39,014 nucleotides of DNA, taken from IMG/VR virus record IMGVR_UViG_3300020045_016215, positions 1-39,014 of that record; one strand, written 5' to 3'. How positions within the stretch are numbered: the stretch's first letter is position 1; each line of letters opens with the position of its first letter. The position numbers were made by a program, and so were the translations under genes. The notes beneath the pieces were generated by a model, which was not told the DNA's origin, ran no database searches, and worked only from the letters and a program-made list of their open reading frames with translations. Shown piece after piece: positions 8,208-13,778 of this stretch. The stretch is from a virus (lineage: Duplodnaviria; Caudoviricetes).

Positions 8208-8222
8208 TTTATATTATATTTA
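8191..8222 (+). promoter_or_regulatory. Early/middle promoter TTTGG-N19-TATATTTA
   Basis: Exact motif; ATG 4 nt downstream. Confidence 0.7.
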
Positions 8223-8226
8223 AGAC

Positions 8227-9018
8227 ATGAAATACATTTGTATAGGGGATATTCACGGGAAAAATATTTGGAAACAAATTGTTCAAAAAGAACAAAACGC
8301 AGATAAAATAATTTTTATTGGAGATTATTTTGATTCTCGTGATAATATTTCAGGTACTCAACAACTACATAATTTTAAAGAAATTTGTGAACTTAAAAAA
8401 TCAAATCCTTCCAAAATAGTTTTACTAATTGGGAATCATGATTTTCACTATATAAATGGTATTGGTGAACAATATTCAGGTTTCCAAAATGGATTTCAAT
8501 GGGATTTTGGAGATGAAATACAACATGCTATGAATAATAATCTTGTACAAATGTGTTTTGTTCAAGATAAATTTTTATTTATTCATGCTGGAGTTACAAA
8601 TACTTGGGTAAGAGAAAGTTTAGGAAATGACGTGGATTTGGAAAAAAATATAAATGAATTGTTTAATTTTCAACCAAGATTTTTCAAATTTACTTCTGGT
8701 AAATCCCATTCCCCTTATGGTGATGATATTTGCCAAACCCCAATTTGGGTAAGACCAAAAAGTTTGTTGAGTGATGCTGTTGAAGGATTTATACAAGTAG
8801 TAGGACATACAACTCAAGATAAAATATTAGTGAATAATCACCATAGTTTGATTTTGATTGATACACTTGGTACTTCTGAAGAATATTTGGTTATTGAAAA
8901 TAATACTCCAAGAGCAGAAAAATTGGGTTGGGAAGAAGAATATCAAACTCCTATAGATCATTCTACAAGGATTATTGATGTTGAAAAATCAAGATATAAA
9001 GTAAAAGAAATTAAATAA
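8227..9018 (+). CDS. calcineurin-like metallophosphoesterase
   Basis: GDIHG, GDYFD, GNHD, HAG, GHT motifs. Confidence 0.92.
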   Translation: MKYICIGDIHGKNIWKQIVQKEQNADKIIFIGDYFDSRDNISGTQQLHNFKEICELKKSNPSKIVLLIGNHDFHYINGIGEQYSGFQNGFQWDFGDEIQHAMNNNLVQMCFVQDKFLFIHAGVTNTWVRESLGNDVDLEKNINELFNFQPRFFKFTSGKSHSPYGDDICQTPIWVRPKSLLSDAVEGFIQVVGHTTQDKILVNNHHSLILIDTLGTSEEYLVIENNTPRAEKLGWEEEYQTPIDHSTRIIDVEKSRYKVKEIK

Positions 9019-9019
9019 A

Positions 9020-9051
9020 CTTGGTTATCTAATTTTTCTTTCGTATATTTA
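9020..9051 (+). promoter_or_regulatory. Promoter CTTGG-N19-TATATTTA ahead of the Met tRNAs
   Basis: Motif and spacing. Confidence 0.7.
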
Positions 9052-9064
9052 TATATAATAAAAT

Positions 9065-9137
9065 TGCGGGATGGAGCAGTGGTCAGCTCGTGGGGCTCAT
9101 AACTCCAAGGTCGTGGGTTCGAATCCCACTCACGCTA
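9065..9137 (+). tRNA. tRNA-Met(CAT), initiator-like
   Basis: Unpaired 1:72; GAGC/GCTC D stem; TGGGG-CTCATAA-CTCCA. Confidence 0.88.
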
Positions 9138-9145
9138 CTAAAAAT

Positions 9146-9227
9146 TGTGCGGTGGACTAGTGGTTTAGGTCGTCTGGCTCATAACCAGAAGGAATGAAAG
9201 ACGTGGGTTCGAATCCCACCTGCGCAA
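9146..9227 (+). tRNA. tRNA-Met(CAT) with enlarged variable loop
   Basis: TCTGG-CTCATAA-CCAGA; 13-nt variable region. Confidence 0.82.
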
Positions 9228-9343
9228 CTAAATTATAGAAGTAAATTGCACCTGCTGCAAGCGGTATAAAGTAAGGATCACAACTTAACTGGTCGTAATT
9301 TGTTTTAGTATAATTGTGAGTACTAGAACCTATAATTTAAATC

Positions 9344-9415
9344 GCCTCTTTAGCTCAATTGGTAGAGCTATAGTTTTGTAAACTATTGACGTGGGTTCGA
9401 TTCCTACAGGAGGAG
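9344..9415 (+). tRNA. tRNA-Thr(TGT)
   Basis: ATAGT-TTTGTAA-ACTAT; canonical D and T arms. Confidence 0.88.
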
Positions 9416-9651
9416 CAATGAGATTAAATGGATAAATCTTAGCTTGTTTTTTGGTGTTTTACTGTATAAAATACCACCTACATTCCTATTGCTACCGTAT
9501 TTGGAGTGTATAAATGGGTAGATTGTTTTTTTAGAGAGAGGTTTCAACAGTAAAGAAACCCTAACAAAAGAGGTAAGACTCAAAGTAAAATCTAGTTTGT
9601 AAATCCTAACAAAACGAACAGGTATTAATAGCTATTTGATACCTGTAAATT

Positions 9652-9725
9652 GCAGGTGACGCATAAATGGTGGTGCGCTAGCCTTCCAAGCTAGAATAGA
9701 CTCAGTTCGATCCTGAGTATCTGCA
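9652..9725 (+). tRNA. tRNA-Gly(TCC)
   Basis: CTAGC-CTTCCAA-GCTAG; GCAGGTG/TATCTGC. Confidence 0.88.
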
Positions 9726-9734
9726 CAAAATAAA

Positions 9735-9766
9735 TTTGGAGAAGCAAATTCTCTTATTTATATTGA
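9735..9766 (+). promoter_or_regulatory. Promoter TTTGG-N19-TATATTGA driving the attenuator leader
   Basis: Motif and spacing; upstream half identical to the promoter at 12425. Confidence 0.7.
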
Positions 9767-9939
9767 CGTATAAGAAAAAATAAGGGTTCACGAGCTCATT
9801 AAGCATAACGGAACCCTTTAAATTCTTTAAATAGAAAATTATCCATGCGAAGGAGTTGGAATATTGTTGTTGGGGAACCTTAAAAAGAACCAACAACATT
9901 TTCCAAATAAAAAATAAAAACATAATACGTATAATAAAC

Positions 9940-10035
9940 ATGAAACGAATTCATATACAATATCAACCCATTAATTGCTTTTGGCTTAATCCAGTGAAGG
10001 AGGATGCTAGAGGGAGGGCTATGTATATGAAATAG
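9940..10035 (+). CDS. putative attenuator leader peptide (31 aa) MKRIHIQYQPINCFWLNPVKEDARGRAMYMK
   Basis: A-rich leader; 18 different amino acids; 3' part is complementary to the terminator 5' arm. Confidence 0.7.
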   Translation: MKRIHIQYQPINCFWLNPVKEDARGRAMYMK

Positions 10036-10072
10036 ATAAAAATATTACCTATGGATTACAGAGCCCAACCCT
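10011..10072 (+). promoter_or_regulatory. putative antiterminator helix
   Basis: AGGG-A-GGGCT-A-TGTA (10011-10025) pairs with TACA-G-AGCCC-AA-CCCT (10057-10072). Confidence 0.65.
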
Positions 10073-10091
10073 AAAAAAGTTGGGTTTTTTT
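10062..10091 (+). terminator. intrinsic terminator
   Basis: AGCCCAAC/GTTGGGTT stem followed by a T run. Confidence 0.85.
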
Positions 10092-10098
10092 GTTTTAT

Positions 10099-10116
10099 AA
10101 GTTCTTTGACATATTG
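10099..10116 (+). promoter_or_regulatory. boxA-like antitermination element
   Basis: AAGTTCTTTGACATATTG resembles the rrn boxA (GTTCTTTGA core). Confidence 0.6.
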
Positions 10117-10186
10117 AAAAAAAACATATACTGGAGGGTTATTTTAGTTCATAGTCTTTCTTGGAGATATACATATTTATAATAAA

Positions 10187-10645
10187 ATGAAGATTTGTAT
10201 TAAATGTAAAAAAGAAAAAGATAAATTTGATTTTAGTAAAAATAAAAACAATAAAGATGGATATCAAAATTATTGTAAGGAATGTAGAAGAGTAATAGAT
10301 AATAACAGAATAATTCCTCCAGGTAAATATGCAAAAACAAATAAAATAAGAAACGAAAAAATAAAGGAAATTATAATTGAAATAAAAATTAATAAAGGGG
10401 GTGTTTGTAAAAAATGTAATGAAGGTAGATTACATATATTAGATTTTCATCACATTGATGGAAGTATGAAAGATGGGTTGGTGAGTAAATTTTTATATTA
10501 TTATGGACCTAAAAAATTAGAAATAGCAATAAAAGAAGCAGATAAATGTGAATTACTTTGTGCAAATTGTCATAGAGATTTTCATTATTTAGAAAGAGAA
10601 AAAAACATAAATATTAAAGAATACTTAAATTCGGGAAGTGACTAA
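10187..10645 (+). CDS. HNH endonuclease (Zn-finger type)
   Basis: CxxC..CKEC N-terminus; CKKC...LDFHH...CELLCANCH. Confidence 0.88.
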   Translation: MKICIKCKKEKDKFDFSKNKNNKDGYQNYCKECRRVIDNNRIIPPGKYAKTNKIRNEKIKEIIIEIKINKGGVCKKCNEGRLHILDFHHIDGSMKDGLVSKFLYYYGPKKLEIAIKEADKCELLCANCHRDFHYLEREKNINIKEYLNSGSD

Positions 10646-10704
10646 GGATAAAGCTTCTGGCCTCTGGAGGGTTGGAATAGTGGATTCAATTTCCACCTTC
10701 CCGA
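10632..10704 (+). tRNA. tRNA-Pro(TGG), divergent
   Basis: CGGGAAG/CTTCCCG Pro-type acceptor; TGGCC-TCTGGAG-GGTTG with C33; weak D arm. Confidence 0.6.
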
Positions 10705-10714
10705 CAAAATAAAT

Positions 10715-10789
10715 GCGTTCGTAACTCAATTGGATTAGAGTATCTGACTTTTAATCAGAAGGTTATGGGTTCGAGTCCCTTCGGGCGCA
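10715..10789 (+). tRNA. tRNA-Lys(TTT)
   Basis: TCTGA-CTTTTAA-TCAGA. Confidence 0.93.
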
Positions 10790-10797
10790 CAAAATAT

Positions 10798-10869
10798 ATC
10801 CGCGTAGCTCAATGGTAGAGTACCTCCCTGATACGGAGTCGGTTAATGGTTCAAGTCCATTTGTGGATA
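10798..10869 (+). tRNA. tRNA-Ile(GAT)
   Basis: CTCC-CTGATAC-GGAG; ATCCGCG/TGTGGAT. Confidence 0.88.
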
Positions 10870-10880
10870 CAAATAAAAAT

Positions 10881-10952
10881 GGGGATGTAGCTCAGAATGT
10901 AGAGCACTGGTCTGAAGAGCCAGGTGTCGTGGAGTCGTAACCACCTTCCCCG
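10881..10952 (+). tRNA. tRNA-Phe(GAA), atypical T arm
   Basis: CTGGT-CTGAAGA-GCCAG; T arm GTGG-AGTCGTAA-CCAC. Confidence 0.78.
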
Positions 10953-10963
10953 CAAATTAAAAT

Positions 10964-11034
10964 GAATACTTGACTGAGTGGTTAAGTGCTCGTCTGCAAA
11001 ACGAGTTAGAAAGGTTCGATCCCTTTAGTATTCT
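10964..11034 (+). tRNA. tRNA-Cys(GCA)
   Basis: CTCGT-CTGCAAA-ACGAG; U73. Confidence 0.9.
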
Positions 11035-11041
11035 CAAATAT

Positions 11042-11114
11042 TGCCCATTAGTGTAATCGGTAACACAGTTGGTTTTGAACCAAAAGAGTCTACGTTCGAG
11101 CCGTGGATGGGCAA
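11042..11114 (+). tRNA. tRNA-Gln(TTG)
   Basis: TGCCCAT/ATGGGCA; TTGG-TTTTGAA-CCAA. Confidence 0.88.
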
Positions 11115-11128
11115 CAAAAAATAAAAAT

Positions 11129-11201
11129 ACTCCTTTAGCTCAATTGGAAGAGCGGCATCTTTACATGGTGTTGGTTATAGGTTCAAGTCCTATAGGGAGT
11201 A
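11129..11201 (+). tRNA. tRNA-Val(TAC)
   Basis: GCATC-TTTACAT-GGTGT. Confidence 0.9.
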
Positions 11202-11209
11202 CAAAAATT

Positions 11210-11290
11210 GCCGTTATTGAGCAGGTGGTGGGCTCAGCGCGCTGTAAACGCGTCTCGAAAGACTTGGAGGTTCGATTCCTTTTGGCGGCA
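11210..11290 (+). tRNA. tRNA-Tyr(GTA)
   Basis: GCGCG-CTGTAAA-CGCGT; variable arm. Confidence 0.9.
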
Positions 11291-11297
11291 CAAAATT

Positions 11298-11371
11298 GTT
11301 TCCTTAGCTTAACTGGATAAAGCGCTTGGCTACGAACCAGGAGATTACGAGTTCGAATCTTGTAGGAAACT
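11298..11371 (+). tRNA. tRNA-Arg(ACG)
   Basis: CTTGG-CTACGAA-CCAGG. Confidence 0.92.
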
Positions 11372-11379
11372 CTAAAAAT

Positions 11380-11450
11380 ACGTATGTGGTATAATGGTAT
11401 TACACGGGTCTCCAAAACCTAAGATGAGAGTTCGATTCTTTCCATACGTG
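11380..11450 (+). tRNA. tRNA-Trp(CCA)
   Basis: GGGT-CTCCAAA-ACCT; ACGTATG/CATACGT; G73. Confidence 0.9.
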
Positions 11451-11458
11451 CTATTTCG

Positions 11459-11490
11459 GTTGGAAACCACAAATATTTGTTGTATATTTA
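11459..11490 (+). promoter_or_regulatory. Promoter GTTGG-N19-TATATTTA
   Basis: Motif; ATG 4 nt downstream. Confidence 0.72.
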
Positions 11491-11494
11491 CGCA

Positions 11495-11680
11495 ATGAAA
11501 AATACAGAAAATAAATGGCCTGAAGAATTAGAAGATGATTTTAATTCAACTAGTAATTATTTATTTGATGGATTATGTGGGGAATTTGAAAGTAAAGTTG
11601 AGTTTGATAAAGGATATTGGTGGACTGTTAGTAGACCACAATATAAAGCTCAATCATTACATAATAAAAGATTAGATTAA
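11495..11680 (+). CDS. hypothetical protein (possibly leaderless)
   Basis: ATG at 11495 in ORF 11477-11680. Confidence 0.65.
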   Translation: MKNTENKWPEELEDDFNSTSNYLFDGLCGEFESKVEFDKGYWWTVSRPQYKAQSLHNKRLD

Positions 11681-11713
11681 ATTGCGTTTTTAAACACATA
11701 AAATATTTAACCA

Positions 11714-12163
11714 ATGAAGGTATTTAAAACAATAGACGGATGTATTATAGACGTTGTAAAACACACATTAGACGTATTAAATACACATCCCGACGTAGAA
11801 GTATTTATAGGAACTGATTCACAAAATTGTGGTTACTATACAAAATATTCTACTGTTATTGCTTATAGATATGGACATAGAGGAGTACATTATATTTTTA
11901 ATGTTGAAAAGGTAAATAGAATAAAAGATATGTGGACTCGATTGTGGGATGAAGCAGTAAGATCAATTGAAATTGCTGATTGGTTTACTGAAAAAATTAA
12001 GTTGAAAGTCCAAATTGATATGGATTATAATGAAGATAAGTTTGCTGGAAGTAATAAATTAATTTCAGCAGCTAAAGGATGGGCAACATCAATTGGATAT
12101 AAAGTAAATACAAAACCACAATGTTTAATAGCTTGTAAAGCAGCTGATTATCATTGTAGATAA
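11714..12163 (+). CDS. RNase H-like YkuK (DUF458) family protein
   Basis: VFIGTDSQ, RLWDEAVRS, IDMDYN, TKP...ACKAAD. Confidence 0.85.
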   Translation: MKVFKTIDGCIIDVVKHTLDVLNTHPDVEVFIGTDSQNCGYYTKYSTVIAYRYGHRGVHYIFNVEKVNRIKDMWTRLWDEAVRSIEIADWFTEKIKLKVQIDMDYNEDKFAGSNKLISAAKGWATSIGYKVNTKPQCLIACKAADYHCR

Positions 12164-12322
12164 AATTTTCCTGATGAAGGATAGCGGTTGGTCTCAAACC
12201 AAAATAAATGAGATAAATATTGTTTGGGGAGTTGAAGGAGCTGAGTTCACTCCCCTCACGATAAGGAAGAAATGGAAGCCTTATATTTGCTAGTTTGATA
12301 GGGCAAGAAAATAAACTAGTGT

Positions 12323-12405
12323 GGTGGATATAACCTGTTAGTGGTAACAGACCTCTCTGTGAAAGAGGAAGCTTAGCTATGCGAGTTCAACTCTCGTTAT
12401 TCACC
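12323..12405 (+). tRNA. tRNA-His(GTG) with G-1 and enlarged variable region
   Basis: GGTGGATA/TATTCACC 8-bp acceptor; CCTCT-CTGTGAA-AGAGG. Confidence 0.82.
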
Positions 12406-12424
12406 CAAAATATGTGAAGGGAAA

Positions 12425-12456
12425 TTTGGAGAAGCAAAATATTTGTTGTATATTTA
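12425..12456 (+). promoter_or_regulatory. Promoter TTTGG-N19-TATATTTA
   Basis: Exact motif. Confidence 0.75.
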
Positions 12457-12477
12457 TGACATAAAGATATTAAAAAT

Positions 12478-12564
12478 GCGGGTGTGTTGGAATGGTAGTC
12501 ATGATAGTTTTAGAAACTATTGCGAAGTAATAGTAGCGTGAGAGTTCGAGTCTCTTCACCCGTA
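12478..12564 (+). tRNA. tRNA-Leu(TAG)
   Basis: ATAGT-TTTAGAA-ACTAT; long variable arm. Confidence 0.9.
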
Positions 12565-12616
12565 CGATGGTCAGTTAGCTATATAAACTCCCTATAAGTA
12601 GTAAATTAGCAAATTT

Positions 12617-12688
12617 TGGTCATTAGCTTAATGGTAGAGCTAGAAACTGTTAATTTCTAAGGTGAGAGTTCGAGTCTCTTGTGGCCAG
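12617..12688 (+). tRNA. tRNA-Asn(GTT)
   Basis: AGAAA-CTGTTAA-TTTCT. Confidence 0.92.
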
Positions 12689-12745
12689 CAAATTTAGAGA
12701 GTAATTAACTCTATTTTTACCTTTTGGTTGATCACCTTAAGGTTA

Positions 12746-12814
12746 AGTGATATGGTGTAACTCGGTTGCACGCCCCCACGTAGGGGAAGTGAGGTTCGAA
12801 TCCTACATTCACTG
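12746..12814 (+). ncRNA. tRNA-like RNA with 6-nt anticodon loop
   Basis: GTGT/GCAC D stem; CCCC-CACGTA-GGGG; GGTTCGAATCC; imperfect acceptor. Confidence 0.6.
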
Positions 12815-12908
12815 CAAATTTTTAAGGGAAATAATCCCTTAATTATTAGATATAATATGAGTGACTACTTATTATATTGACCCCTAAGATCTAGTCAACC
12901 TTAGGTTC

Positions 12909-12976
12909 GCAAAAGTCGTCTAATTGGATAGGACGCCTCATGGGAGGAAATTTGGGTTCGAACCCCAACTTTTGTA
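12909..12976 (+). ncRNA. tRNA-like RNA with 4-nt anticodon loop
   Basis: GCAAAAG/CTTTTGT; Glu-like D arm; CCTC-ATGG-GAGG; intact T arm. Confidence 0.7.
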
Positions 12977-13016
12977 CGGTTTTTAGCTATAATCAATAGG
13001 GGTTGCAAACCCTATT

Positions 13017-13085
13017 TGCGTATTGGGGCAATTGGCAGCTCGTTCCCGCGAAAGGGAAAGGTCACGTTCGAGTCGTGGTACGCCA
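13017..13085 (+). ncRNA. tRNA-like RNA with 6-nt anticodon loop
   Basis: GCGTA/TACGC acceptor; TTCCC-GCGAAA-GGGAA; CACG-TTCGAGT-CGTG. Confidence 0.65.
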
Positions 13086-13096
13086 CAAAGTAAAAT

Positions 13097-13169
13097 GTCA
13101 GCGTCATCTAATGGCTTAGGATAGTTGGTTTTCAACCAAAACATGGGAGTTCGATTCTCCTCGTTGATA
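13097..13169 (+). tRNA. tRNA-Glu(TTC)
   Basis: TTGG-TTTTCAA-CCAA; ATCT..AGGAT D arm. Confidence 0.88.
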
Positions 13170-13216
13170 CAAGGTAATGTTGTAAGTACACTCCAATTAG
13201 TAGGAACTTTCAAATT

Positions 13217-13290
13217 GGGTCATTGGTGAAGCTGGCTATCACAGTACTCCTGCAAAGTACAATCACGGGTTCAAAGCCCGTATGTATCCA
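13217..13290 (+). tRNA. tRNA-Ala(TGC), atypical
   Basis: GTACT-CCTGCAA-AGTAC (C33); G3:U70; one bulge in acceptor. Confidence 0.72.
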
Positions 13291-13296
13291 CAAAAA

Positions 13297-13373
13297 CGTT
13301 TCAGGGGCTGCTTGGCTGTGGCCGTCGCACTGTCTATGCGAATATCAGGTGGGTTCGAATCCCACTGGGACGG
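13297..13373 (+). tRNA. tRNA-Asp(GTC)
   Basis: TCGCA-CTGTCTA-TGCGA; G73. Confidence 0.85.
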
Positions 13374-13481
13374 CAAAATGGGTAATAAAAGGGGAATTAA
13401 AACTCGACGGAGAAAATAAAAATCCAAAATAAAAATCCCATCTACTTAAGTATACTTGTGCACAAAGAATGCTTGTAGTTT

Positions 13482-13552
13482 CTGGAGTTAGCTCAGTCTG
13501 GTAGAGCAGTGGGGGTGCCCACGTGTCATTGGTTCAAATCCAATACTTCAAA
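13482..13552 (+). ncRNA. tRNA-like RNA with 4-nt anticodon loop
   Basis: Canonical D arm GCTC-AGTCTGGTA-GAGC and T arm; GTGGG-GGTG-CCCAC. Confidence 0.72.
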
Positions 13553-13572
13553 CAACTTTTATTTTTACAACT

Positions 13573-13603
13573 TTTGGTAGGGGATGAATAGGCCCCTACC
13601 AAA
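13573..13603 (+). other. 11-bp hairpin between RNA genes
   Basis: TTTGGTAGGGG/CCCCTACCAAA. Confidence 0.7.
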
Positions 13604-13611
13604 TTAAAATT

Positions 13612-13687
13612 GGGCCTCTAACACAACTGGTAGTGTATCATTCTTATAAGATGGAGGTTACAAGTTCGAATCTTGTGGGGCCTACCA
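13612..13687 (+). tRNA. tRNA-Ile(TAT) with encoded CCA
   Basis: GGGCCTC/GGGGCCT; TCATT-CTTATAA-GATGG; ACCA end. Confidence 0.9.
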
Positions 13688-13716
13688 TTTTATTTTTATA
13701 TATCTATTGGTCACAT

Positions 13717-13741
13717 TAGGGTTCGAGTCCCTAGTTCTCTA
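13717..13741 (+). other. orphan tRNA/tmRNA 3' half (T arm + acceptor strand)
   Basis: TAGGG-TTCGAGT-CCCTA-GTTCTCT-A with no adjacent 5' half. Confidence 0.6.
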
Positions 13742-13778
13742 CAAATTCTTTACTTAACTTGATATTTATTAATATACA

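Noticed and set aside
11069-11415. ORFs 11069-11320 (+) and 11161-11415 (-)
   Set aside because: They overlap well-formed tRNA genes; spurious frames
12171-12272. Hammerhead ribozyme from CTGATGA
   Set aside because: No stem II followed by GAAA in the required arrangement
13378-13419. 13-aa basic peptide MGNKRGIKTRRRK
   Set aside because: Too short to support and no match to a ribosomal protein I recognise
12983-13432. ORFs 12983-13213 (-) and 13223-13432 (+)
   Set aside because: They overlap tRNA and tRNA-like genes
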